NCBI GenBank assembly: GCA_000165425.1
Contig: CT868670.1
Coordinates: 62,001-126,000 of the forward strand
Length of the DNA stretch: 64,000 bases
Reading direction: 5' to 3'
Source: Paramecium tetraurelia
Taxonomy: Eukaryota
In this document: positions 38,046 to 53,092 of the stretch, one piece after another
Layout of the letters: each line of letters begins with the position of its first letter
How positions within the stretch are numbered: the stretch's first letter is position 1
Notes under the pieces: generated by a model
What the model saw: the letters and a program-made list of their open reading frames with translations, nothing else
The model's database searches: none
What the model was told of the DNA's origin: nothing
Program-made: the position numbers and the translations under genes

Positions 38046-39161
38046 ATGTCTTCAGTTTAACATTATTTGTTGAGAAGGTCTATTACAGTAAACAAAAATG
38101 GCAATATCTTTACGACTTAACATGAGTTTGATTAATAAAGGCTATATAGAAATGGAAAGATAGTTCCTTACTATATAATTGGTAACCCTGAAATTATGGA
38201 TAAATAATTAACTATTGCTTCACAAACAGAAGATTCACAAACAAATACAAAAACCAAAACTCTATTTCATAAAGAACACAAACCGAAGGTTGCATAAAAA
38301 CCAAAAAATAGGGTTCTAGAAGGGGATGAATTCATTAAACTTGACATGGAGTTTAGCTAAGTAGAGGATGAAATTCAATAATTGTAAATCTAGTAAAAAA
38401 AAGGTCAAATTAATCTCCCCTCTTCACACTTTGGTCAAGCTGATAGAGCTGCAGCTGAGAAAGACAATAGAATTATGAAATCTTTTGAATAACAATAAAA
38501 AAGTTGGGACAAAAGAGTGATATAATCAGCATAAAGATGCAAAAGGCAAGTTTCTGAATCTATTTACAATAAAATATAAGGAGAAAGAGAAAAAAATGAG
38601 GATCGCAAATTGTTAGATTTAATCTAAACGGACGCTGAAAGGCATGGTCATAAATTGTGGGTAATAATTATTTTACTTTAAGGAAAGATAATTAAGATCA
38701 ACTTCAGAAGTACTTGAAACCAACCAAAAAATACAAGCCCAAGGATTAGAAATCATAAAATCAATGAATAGTTCTGGTATTTATAAGAGGCCCAAGAGTT
38801 TTGTTAAAAGATTTTAAGAAAGATAGGATAAAGTGAATGAATTAACTGCAAGAGGAAATTAAATTTAAAATTTATAAGTAGACTTAATATTTAATTAAAG
38901 GTAGAAGGATTAAATTAGTTAGCTCGAGAAGCATCAAGCCTCAATAAAATTATCAAAGATCAAAAGGAAATTTATTAAAATATATTGAAAAATAATTCAT
39001 CAGTTGAATAAATCTCTCATCGGAAGAAATATAAAGCCCCTTTTAAAAAATTAGTTCCTGTAGAAAAGTAAAACTCCTCATAAGATATTATTTCAATTAA
39101 TTATGATAAAAAGACTTTGGGATAATAAGGAAAATTGGAAATTTATAAATAATTTTTCTGA
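38046..39161 (+). CDS. Hypothetical protein
   Basis: Code-6 frame from MSSVQHYLLRRSITVNKNG, with introns near 38661 and 38877, ending TGA at 39159-39161. Confidence 0.65.
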
Positions 39162-40272
39162 ATGTATTTTATTCTTTTGAATAAATAGGGATAATTTAAT
39201 TAAAATGTTTATGATTCATTAATATGTGGTTATATTAGAAATAAGTTGTAATCTTATTGGTTTTATATTGTAATTCATATAAATATCAATACAAAATTTC
39301 TACAAGAATAGATACATTCTCATTAACTCGCTCATTTTTATTTTGACTTAATTTAAATGGGATATCACCTGTATTAATAAATTTTACTGATTTATTTATA
39401 TGATCAACACTAAAGAATAAGTCTGCATACTTAATAATCTCATTCCATAACAAGAGGGTGCTTAAAAGGATTTTCCCTTTTCTCAATTATAAATATTTTA
39501 TCAATTTATAACGGTTGATTTAAATATAAAAATTTTCTTAAGATATATCCCAACTGTAATAAATGCTTCTATTTGTGAGTCAAATCATTTATAATTTATT
39601 TATATTACTTTTTCTTATGTGAAGTATTCGCAAAGTCACTCCTTATGAGAATATTATATTGTATACTGTAATTTTTATTATATAAAGTTGAGTTTAGAGT
39701 GGCTAAAAATCGAATTTCCTAATTTCTTTGAAACTATAAATTTTAGTTCCTAATTTAAATCCACTATAGAAAGAAACAAATAAGATTTCCAATGAATCAT
39801 ATAACTTCCAATTTCAGCGATTAAATAACTTGATCACTTCAAATCTTCAGATTTAAGCTCCCATAATACTTTACTTGACTTTTGATCAATAGACCCTTAT
39901 GATTAGAATATATTTCAACTTTAATGAAATTTTTATTGCGCTTAATAATACTAAATAAATTAATTTTATAAGATATATTTGGTATATTATTAATGTATGT
40001 TAAATAATTAGTTGATATAATTTTAAGCGTGCTTTTTTTCTAAATAACAAAATCATAGAATTTGATGATATAAAACAAGCGAGTCAAAGAAGCATATTAA
40101 TTATTCCTAGCTTTGAGCTTAACTCTTATTGATTTAACCTATAATTGCGTGTTCAACTCTCAAATTTTAAAAGTTATTTATAAACAAGCTTAACATGATT
40201 ATAATAATGATGGAATAATATATATATATATTAAGGGGAAACTTTAAAATATTAAAATATTTTGAAAATATT

Positions 40273-41536
40273 ATGAATTACATTAACAATCAATATCAGC
40301 TGATAAAGAAATTATCAGCCGGTAGTTATGGAGTAGTGTATGAAGGCGAGAATATTCAAAATAAGAGTTTTGTTGCAATAAAAATAGAGAAGAAGGACAA
40401 ACCACTTACTTTGGAAAGGGAAGTCTAGGCCTTATCTCGATTGTAAAAAATAACAGGAATCCCTTAAATTTATTGGAATGGAACTCACAATGGACAAAAT
40501 ATTCTTGTTATGCAGTTGCTATCTAAGGATTTGGGATACTATTTAAAAGAGTATCGAAAATTCAGTCTTAAAACAGTCTTAATGATTGCAGATCAATTAC
40601 TCTTAACCCTAAAGAATATTCATTCGAAATCCATTTTGCACAGGGATTTGAAACCTGAAAATCTTATGTATCATTAGAGATAAGTTTACATTGTGGATTT
40701 CGGCATTAGCAAGATGTACAGAGATAGTAATCAAAAGCATATGTAAAAATTTACTGTACGTAACTTAAAGTCCTTTTAGAGATGGTCGACCATTTGTAGG
40801 AACTACTCGATATGCTCCTATAGCTGCTCATAAAGGTCATGAATTGAGTAGAAAAGATGATCTCGAAACATTAATCTACATTCTAGTTCTATTTCTGAAA
40901 GGGTATAAAGAATTTGTTAATTTAGATAAAAGAGTTCTACCATGGCAAAACTAGATACTTTAAAATAACAAAGAGAAATAGAAATTGATTGGGGAGAAGA
41001 AGATTAAGTTGAGTTCTACTGAAATTTGTTAGGACTTGCCAATAGAGTTTCAAAAAGCTTTAGAGTAAATAAAATGTGTCTATTTAAGTCATATAAAGAG
41101 TCTCGGTTTCTCTGTTGAACCTGATTATGATTATTTAATAAATTTGTTTAGGAAACTTGGCTAAAGACATGGATTTGAGTATGATAATTTATTTGACTGG
41201 TGTAAGGAAGAAGAGATAATTGCTCAGGCTAAAATGACACAATAGAGTGAGAAAATATAGCAGTTTTCACTCAAATGGTAAATATAACAAATAAGATGTA
41301 TTAGTTAATCTCTGTAAATACCTTCTACAATGGAATGTCTAGAAAAAAAAGTATCATCTATTTCAAACATCATATAAAATCCTATGTAGATTTCATAAAG
41401 TGCAGTTATAGTTGAGATCAATTCTGAAGGAACTCTTTCAGATGATAGCACAAATTACCTTTATAATAATTATTAACAATTAGAAAACTTTTCAAATTTG
41501 TATAAAAATCATCTCCAGATTATGAAGGAAAAATGA
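40273..41536 (+). CDS. Casein kinase 1-family Ser/Thr kinase
   Basis: LSAGSYGVVY, VAIKIE, FSLKTVLMIADQL, LHRDLKPEN, VDFGISK, FVGTTRYA, ELSRKDDLE, LPWQ, EPDYDYL. Confidence 0.93.
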
Positions 41537-42286
41537 ACTCTTAATTTATTAACATTAACTTTATTCAATATAGATTGTAAAAATATATATGAATTCTATA
41601 AAGTACCTTTTTGTTGATTTTAATTTCTTATGATAATCGAAATGACTTTCATTGTTATTAATACTAATATCTATTAGTTCATAATAATAATATTAAATAA
41701 TGATTTTGTTGAATAATAATCGTTTGTTTCCATAAAATACTAAATTAGAAATATCTGATTAGATTTTTTATAACTATTGACCTTGTAAGTTGAAAAAGCT
41801 ATTTGAAATAGCCTTTATTATTTGACTAATATGAACAAAAGATGACAAAATAAATACTTTTGACCATAACTTAATAAATTTAATTAATTGTATTTTTATG
41901 AAGGAATCATTATATAGTATTATAGTGCAAATTCAAGAGTTAATCAAATTAATGCATTGCTCGGAAGAGACATCCCACTTAATAATTAATATTAATTAGA
42001 ATGTAATTTCCTTCAAGTGAGAATGGTTACAAGAATGATTGAAAATCAAGAAATCAAACATAAATTAATTTTAAAATCTTTCTATTTAATAAAAATTAAT
42101 CTGCTTATTTTTTAAAATTTCTTTATTATATCTTTAATAGGCTCGTGTTTTATAAATCGAAAATAGTAATGATATGGTAATATCAATAGATAGTAAGTCA
42201 AATTTCATGAAGAAAAAAGGAGAGATTAAATAATTGATAAAGTGAGTTTGTAATTATTTAATTCGAAACATTGATATTATTATGTA

Positions 42287-43335
42287 ATGAATAATGAGTA
42301 TTATTTTGAATAATAAGTAATTAATATATAATAATACAAAAAAGTAGGTATGATATTAGAATACTAACCAAAAATATTTTCGAAGGATTAATTCAGAGTA
42401 AGATATAAGGATTTGGAAGAAATATATAATGAAGAAATGTCTCCAACTTAAATCGAATTAGGCTATGATAATGAATTGCAACAAGTATCAGAATAGATAA
42501 TAAGTAGACAGTCGTTGTTAAACACATTTTTAAAGAACAATTGTTCAATGACATATAAAGAAAATAAGCTTTGATGGAATGTAAAGTACATTCTTAAATT
42601 AAAAATGATCAATTAGTGGAATTATTTGATTGTTTTCAAAGTGAGGAGGAATACACACTAATTCTGGAATACATGAATAATGCTAACTATTTTAGGGACA
42701 AAATTGAAACTGTAATACTATTCACATAATAATTTTTAAAGGAACTTAAGATAATATCAACAGAGGCAAAAATGAAGTCCTACATGTCGGATGTATTGTT
42801 GGGACTAGACTACCTGCATACGCAAGGTATTCTACCAATTCTTGGCTAGGATATATTCACTGCGACATTAAATTAGAGAATCTGTTTTGTGAAAAATTGG
42901 AGGATCAAGTGTTTAGAAATGTATTCGACTTTTTTAATTAGGTGAAATTAGGAGACTTAGGATTGGTGCATGGTTATGATCTAAACACAGGACTAGGTCT
43001 GATGCCAGTGAAGTGTGGAACAGCCAATTACATTGCCCCAGAAATTACAAATAATGCTATGGTGTCTCCGAAAATAGATATTTGGTCTCTTGGAATAATA
43101 TTGTATACAATGAGTTGTGGTTATAAACCTACTCAAATTCAAGGGTCGTTCAATCTATTATTATTTTTCTAGATACAAGTATTCATAAGGTCCCATACCC
43201 TTTAGAAAGTTTGATTGGAAAAAGAGGTCAAAAGAATTATAAAACATAATAACTTTGATGCTTGATATGGATCCAAATAAAAGACCATCCTGCCAAGAAT
43301 TGATGCAGCATTCTTGGTTTGAAATTGATTCTTGA
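42287..43335 (+). CDS. Atypical Ser/Thr protein kinase (no Gly-rich loop, HCD, DLG)
   Basis: VVVKHIFKE, LILEYMN, LDYLHTQGYIHCDIKLEN, VKLGDLG, CGTANYIAPE, DIWSLGIILY; several short introns. Confidence 0.85.
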
Positions 43336-43379
43336 TATTAACAGTGTATTTATTTAATACAAATTCTTTCTTTGCATAT

Positions 43380-43799
43380 TCAGATTTACTTGATTTGTCT
43401 TTGATCAGGTTCCCAAAATTCGCTGAAGTTAAACCCAAACACCTTGTAAAAGAAGCCCCTGTCCTTTCTTTTGAAACTATCAAAAGTGGGTAATCCAGAA
43501 ACCTCAAGTTTGCATAAGAATCAAATATACTTTCGCATCAATTAATTGTTTTTTGTCTCCCTCATAGCGATGCTAAAGTAATTTCGTGTAATCTTCAAAC
43601 ACCTTCTCGCAATTTTATTTGCAAACCTCACCCTCAACTAACTTTTAACAAGGTTCCAGACATTTTTGATACTCTACAATGAAAAATCGATATGATCATT
43701 ACTTTCTGACAGGTCGAAATACACTTTCATTCTTTCCTATTGTTCAGATGAATAGACATGATAAACTTCACTTCTTAAAATCACTTTTTCTTTTATCAT
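43380..43799 (-). CDS. Small protein with twin CX3C motif
   Basis: MIKEKVILRSEVYH...YQKCLEPCQKLVEGEVCKQNCEKVF...FWEPDQRQIKQI*; two introns. Confidence 0.7.
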
Positions 43800-43959
43800 A
43801 TATTTAATAAAATATTTTATAAATAATCAATTTCTTAAGTTATTATTTCTCAATGATCTGATAAAGCTATAAGACATTTTACATGCTATTATTCTTATAT
43901 TATTACAATTTCATTTAGTTAATTATTATAAAAATAAACTTAAAATTTATAACAAAGAA

Positions 43960-45785
43960 ATGACATAAGCTATCAATACAGATTTGTTGTTAAGAATGAG
44001 TACTCTGAATTAGGAATTTCATGTGTTAGCCACAAATACTAATTTGTTTATGAGTAATATATAGGAGTTATTGCTCTAACAACGATAAGAAAATTAAACT
44101 AGTCGATAAATCTGTGATCTTAACACTTAAGTATTATTTAAATTTAAATAGAGTGTTACTGAATTGAGATGCCATTTGGATTAAGCAGTTGGAAATCTGT
44201 ATAAGAAATATGAGGAATAAGTTAATGATAAAATAAAGGAATTCGAAGGCTAATAAAAATAAAAAGAAATTTTAGAATAAAATAGAATAAAAGAATTAGA
44301 GCAAAGATTCAACCAATATGATGATATAATTAAGGAATTAGATAAAAAATGGGAATCGAAATCTAATGATCGTTATATTGCAAGCATCATCTAAAAGAAC
44401 TTGTTAACCAACCAAAATATAGGGCAGTTTATCGTTGACAAGGTATTGAAATTGACCGAAGAGACTGTTCAAAATAAACTAAATGATTATCAAAAGTTGA
44501 TTGATGAAAGAATGACAAATTAATTTCATTAGTTGTCAAATTATTAAATTTAGATCAGAAAATGCGAAACCAAGTAAGATGAGTTGTAAAATTAACTCAA
44601 TATCTCTAAAGAGTTTCAGATGGACTTTCAAAAATAATAGTAAAAAAAACTTTAAGTATTATAACATCAAAACTCATTATTCAAAGAAGTGGTGCAACAA
44701 CAAGTTCATAAGTAATGATTATTAATTTAAATTAGTATAATAGAACAGTCAGAGCTAAGCAAATTGAATATCAAAGATCTAAGAGAACAAATGATTAAGC
44801 AATTCGAAGATGCTTCAGTTGGTAAGTTAGAGAATAATGAATAAATTATGCATCTGTTAACCTAAGATTAATAAAAAATACGGGAACTCGAAAGGAAATA
44901 GGATTTGATTTTCAAGAATGAGAATGAAATTAAGTTTAAATTGGAATAGATACAACAAGATTATAGTCAACAAAACCAGAGAGCATTAAATTAAATAGTT
45001 ACAATGGACAGTGAAATGAAAAATATTAATTCTGCAATAAATGGGATATATGAAAAAGTGAATACTATCACTTTAAATCCTTAAGCAATACCAGAAAAAC
45101 AACCTGAAAAGCCATAAGAGAAGTTTAAACCATTACTAATAAGTCAAAAGATATAAAAATAATTCTGCTTAAAAGATCAAATTGGATAAATCGAAGGTCT
45201 TTTCCGACATGTACAATTACTCTTCACTCACATCTGCAAAACCTACAGATATGAATAAAAAATGGAATCTCAAAAATCAAAATAGAAATCAGATCTAACA
45301 AGAAATAATTCAAATGAATAAATCTAATCTGATAACATGGATCATCCATAATATGTGTTTTAACACTATTAATAATTATAAAAATAAGAATAATTTAAAT
45401 CAGAGATTCAAAAAACTGATGTGCCTCAATAATAGATTATAAGTCCTCAAAATTAATTAAAGATTAACATTCAACCTGTATATTAGAGTAATGAAGATTA
45501 CTTTGGAGACACAAGATTATACTTTAATCAAGCATTGAAACCTCTCTATATTCAAGGGAAATGTAAAAAACTTGTATTATTATAGAACATGCCATGGATA
45601 TTCGACCCTAAATCGAGATGCAATAGTTATCTGCAAAAGTGAAACAAATTTCAAATCTGTTTTGCGATTCTGATTTAAGACAACAATTATTTGAAAACAG
45701 TCAAAGTTAGAGACCTGGATCAGGTAAGAAGAGACTACCAAAAATTAATTCAAAAAGTTTTCATTTCACAAATGATGAGTAATGA
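43960..45785 (+). CDS. Coiled-coil protein, unknown function
   Basis: MTQAINTDLLLRMSTLNQEF..., Q/E/K-rich heptads, three short introns, TGA at 45783-45785. Confidence 0.7.
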
Positions 45786-45826
45786 GCATAATTTTTTATT
45801 TTGTTTATTGGTACTAATTTATGTTA

Positions 45827-46629
45827 TCATTTCTTTGCACCCTATTTGGCAACAGCTTCCATTTTTTTTCTAATTTCTTCTTGGTCTCCCAAATAATAAG
45901 ATCCCAAGGACTTTAAATTGCTATCGAATTCATAAACCAAAGGAACACTTGTAGGAATATTCAACTCAAGAATATCTATATTTATATTTACTTCACTATA
46001 CCTTTCTCAGAGACATTATCTAAGTACTTAACAATGCTTCTTAAGGAATTACCATGAGCGACCACTAAAACATTCTTACCAGCAAGGATATCTTTAGCAA
46101 TATGATCATGCCAATATGGAATAACTCTAACAACGGTATCTTTAAGGCATTCAGTAAGTGGTAAAGCATCTTTAGGGACATCAGCGTATCTTCTATCATT
46201 GGCTGGATTTCTGGCATCTGTTGGATCCAAAGGAGGAGGTGGGATATCATATGATCTTCTCCAGATTTTGACTTAATCCTCTCCATGCTTTTGTGCTGTC
46301 TCACTCTTATTTAAGCCTTACAAAGCACCATAATGTCTTTCATTAAGTCTCCAAGTTTTAGTGACAGGCAAATAGTGGCATCCCATTTCTTCAGCTGCAT
46401 AGTTATATGTTTAAATAGCTCTTGTCAACACTGATGTGTAAACCTAATGGAATTAAAATCCTTCTTTCTTTAATAATTATCCAGCAGCCTTGGCTTCTTC
46501 AACTCCTTTTTATGAGAGTGTAACATCATGCCATCCTGTGAATCTGTTTTCCTTATTCCACTAGGATTCACCATGTCTTAGAAAAACTACTCTATATTTG
46601 GCTAAAGCATTCTTGAACACTGTTTGCAT
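45827..46629 (-). CDS. gpmA: 2,3-bisphosphoglycerate-dependent phosphoglycerate mutase
   Basis: [56 protein letters not shown]; intron 45976-46001. Confidence 0.96.
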
Positions 46630-46685
46630 TTTAATAAATTAATTAATTTATTGTACACAATTGTATTATATTGATAATAAGATAT

Positions 46686-48887
<2,202 letters not shown>

Positions 48888-50105
48888 TTTAAATAAGTTA
48901 ATTATATGTATAATTATTTTCAAATTAAATTTAGTAGTAAAATAAGTTTCATAGTCTCATTTGTATTATTGTTAATTAAATGGAATTATTCAAATTTCAT
49001 TTTTCTTTTTTCCTTGTGGTTATGTAACACAAACTCCAGAACACTTTTCAATTTCATATTAGATTTTGTAAAGGTTCATTAGTATTATATGATCTAGTAT
49101 TAATTACTATAAATAGTAAATTATATTAATTCTAAGCTTCCTTGAACCTGTTGATTATAAAGAAAACTAATAAATTAGATTTGATTTAGAAATTTTTATG
49201 AATATTAATCTAAGTAAGTAATTGAATTCGTAAAAATGGAGATTTGAAAATTTTAGTCTTGAATAATACATCTATTAAAAATTCTATTGAAAAATTTTGA
49301 TAATACAAAAATATATAATAAAATTATTCAAAGTTTAAAAATATAATCATTTTAGATTACCTCATTCTACATAGAATAATTAATAAAGAAAATTTTTACA
49401 TTTACTAATTTAGATAACAGTTCTATTTTCTAGCTTCAGAGAATTGATCTTTATGATATCTCAAATAGACTTTATAACTTATGATCATTTTTAGATTAAT
49501 TTCTAGAAATTAATTTGTAATCACAGGTAATATATTATTTTTGTCAAAAAATAAAGAATGGATCAGATTCAAGCTGATTCAAACCATGCAATTAAACGAT
49601 TAGCCTTTTAGATGATTCATATTAATGTTCAAATAAATTTCAGGGGAAATGTATAATGTATTTAAATATCATAAAGAAAATCGTTTAAGTACTGGAGAGA
49701 CAGATGCCCATCATGTGTCACATGTAAGTCTTTTTTATGTTAATTCATTGACATTTCCTATTAAAAATCTGTGTTTATCACTAGAGCTATCAAATTGTAG
49801 ATTCTACATTGGGAAGGGGCAAAAAAAATTATCATTATGAGGGATTCAGTAGCTTTATGATGAAATTAGCTAGTTCACATGGGACTAGGAACATACAAAC
49901 AAATATATTAGGCTTTAACTGCCTTAATATGCACAAATAATAAGTCATTATAAACCTAAAATCAAATTAAAAATATATCACAAATTATTTTTGATTTATG
50001 TATTTGCACTTATATTTAAATATTAATACAGGATACAACAGCTTGAGAAATTTATTCCAAATACAAATTTGTAAAATAACATAAATAGAATCAAAGAAGA
50101 CAATT

Positions 50106-50691
50106 TCAGGATTGGATAACGGTTGGGATTTTATTCGTAAATCTACTTTTCTTTTTACTTTTTGAAAAAGGATTGAATTTCTAATGATGAGATCTGCATT
50201 GAGTGGCTGTTCTTGTTGGGATGAATTGACTCATTAATTTAAATATTTTTTTTGACTTCTTATCATATTTGGACTTAAGGATAGACTCGTGACTCTTAAC
50301 GAATTCTAGATATTATAAATGTTCTTATTTTGTCCAATGTCCTAAGCATAAGAATTATACGTACCATTTACTCTTGATTGAGAGTCATCTTCAATCGATG
50401 GACACTTTTCTTATTGTCCAGAGTTAACTTCAGTTGTATGATTATTTTGGACAGTTTTAGTGGTATTAACTGATTCAATCGACTGCTGAGTAATTCCACT
50501 ATTTAAGAGAGTCGGAGTATCGTATTTATATTAGAGTATAGGCAGTGTAGGGGTCTAATTCTAGAGCATCACTTTAAGACTTATAATGGATTAAAATTAC
50601 TATATTAAAGGAATTATTGTTGTGGGAAGTAGTAGTATTACTAATAATATTAGGCTTAAGAGTATAAATTGCAAATTATATCTGGATTCAT
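50106..50691 (-). CDS. Myb-like (SHAQKYF-class) DNA-binding protein
   Basis: GHWTKQEHLQYLEFV...FKLMSQFIPTRTATQCRSHHQKFNP; 23-nt intron before the domain. Start codon tentative. Confidence 0.82.
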
Positions 50692-51526
50692 CTGTATGAA
50701 ATTTTGGAATTTCAAAAATAAATTATTTTATTTTATTTGATTATAACTAGGCTATTAATGTGGATACGACATATTCATTTAAAAATTCCTATCTTAATGT
50801 GTGTAATTATTATAGATTAGGCATATCATTTATATTCACGAATCAGATACAGTTCAGATCAAGATATATGGAAATTCCTAAATTCCTACCAGAAGCTAGG
50901 CCTTATATATTTATAATAATTATATCAAATTTCTAAATTTCCATGAGGAAACCCGCTTCTTTAATCAATACATAAAACATTTAGAATACCATGATAAGTA
51001 ACTCTTGAAATTCAAGTACTTTGAGAGAGAATTTCAGATTGATTATTCTATTTTGAACAATTTTTCTAAGCACTGAATCGATTCTTTAAACACAAAATTT
51101 ATAAAAATATTTATCAATATTGCATCTTTCTGACACCTCAATAGGTAAATCAAGATCAATGTAGATATCTAAATCAGTTTCTTCACTTAGATGAGTTAAT
51201 TTTATATGATATGCTTAGCATTTTTTATTTAATATATATATAATAATTAATAATTGTCATCTCATTTTTTTAATTAATGATATCAAGCAAGAAGCAATTT
51301 TTTATTAGATCATCTAATTTATTTTTACATAATAGAAATGTAGTTGAACGAAGTTTATATGAATTGATTTTTATGGGTCATACTTAATTGGATTTGATTT
51401 TATGTTATATCTTAAAATATGGAGTCTTATAATCAAATGTAAAAAGCAATTGATAATTATGCAACCGAATTATTAGAATTGGATTGTTAAAATTAAATGT
51501 AAAATTGAGATTTTAATTGAATTATT

Positions 51527-53055
51527 ATGATTCTAAATTTAGATATAATAAAGGAAGAGTTCGAAGAGTAAGTTGAATAGGAGACATATAAGAAAATTTA
51601 ATATCCTCTTGTACAACATGATAACCAACTTAATGATGACCAATTTATTCCAGATGAAATAGTAGATGACGATAAAAATAGAGAATAGAGTGGAGAAAAT
51701 AGTTAATAGATAGCGGGAATGGTATTTACTGGCTTAGGAGGATTTTACACCGACTAGGCAATTGATTTTTAAGAAGCAAAGCCTTAGAATTACTAATATC
51801 GAAGGCTTACAATTTATTCTAATTTTACTTAGTTTTATCGACCAAGTGAAGTCGAGAATGACAATTTAGAAAATTAGAACAGAAATTTATTTGAAAACTT
51901 TTCAACTTTTGCAGCATGGTCTATACTTACATACCAAACAGTTAATAATGCTATCATACCTGCATGGATAATGACAATACCATTAGATAAAGTATTGATT
52001 ATATACAAATAAAATAGTACTTGAGAATAACTTGGAGATTTTTGATATAGAGTATATTTTTAATTCCTATAATGATGTATGAACAAAGAACTGGAAGTTA
52101 GTAGGTGAAATAGTAATATGAAATTCGATATATTTTTAAATGGGAAAATATGAGATAACTTTATTTTGCAAGTATAAGTCCAACAATTGCATGCACAATA
52201 TTTTTGTTTTGTTTTGATTATAACTACATTGCCACTATTTTCATTTTGGGATCCCAAACAAATTTCTGGCTTTCATTTATTCGAGATAAAATATAGAATC
52301 ATATATTAGAGAAGCGTGGTTAGATATTCAGTATTTTTGGGTATAAATTGAAATAACAAGATTTTTGTTGATTGGAGTTCAGTCTATAACAATGAGTAGT
52401 GGTTCTGGAATACCAATAATGGCATCTAATTATATTAATACGTCTGTATTCACTTAAGTTCCCCAATTAAAATTACTGATTGGGACTATGGTGCCAGTAA
52501 TAGAAATTGATGATATTTAGTTTGCTTCTTCGTTGCTGTTGGCTAGATGTTCCGTATTTAATTTGAGAGTAAGAAACACATTCCCGATTTACTTGTGCAA
52601 TTATTTCATAGCGATATTTGTTAGTTTGAATATCTTTATGGTTGCTTATTTTGTTGATGGGATTTCGTTGGATGATGATCCAAAGTTTGGAGTTTTTGGG
52701 TTGTTCACAAATTAGAAGTTTATAGAATTTTTGTATTATTTTATGAATATAAGATAGATATAATTCAGTGATCATAATAATAGGAATATCCATTTGTTCT
52801 GTACTAACAGTTTAGTTATTTGATCCTTTGACTTTGGCTATTTGTAACCTTATTGAGCCTTTGATAACATCAGTTCTGTGTAAATTTACAGGGGTTCAAT
52901 ATTATCCAGATGGGTTGACTTATTTTGGGTACTTTTGGTTACAATTTGGATAATTGTTGATTATAATAGGGTAGGATTTGCATAAAAGGTAATTGGATAT
53001 GAGTGCCAAGCTGAACACTTAATGTAAGCATTCTTCAAGCAAGAAGACGTTGTGA
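51527..53055 (+). CDS. Drug/metabolite transporter (DMT/EamA-like) multi-pass membrane protein, copy 1
   Basis: Acidic N-terminal extension, then about 10 TM segments: NNAIIPAWIMTIP, LRITWRFLIQSIFLIP, FDPLTLAICNLIEPLITS. Confidence 0.75.
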
Positions 53056-53092
53056 TTCACAAATTGTTATTCAAAATGTATTTAATTATTTA

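Noticed and set aside
42440..42520. Apparent frameshift at the 5' end of the kinase
   Set aside because: Resolved by a normal 23-nt GT..AG intron (GTATCAG...AAGTAG).
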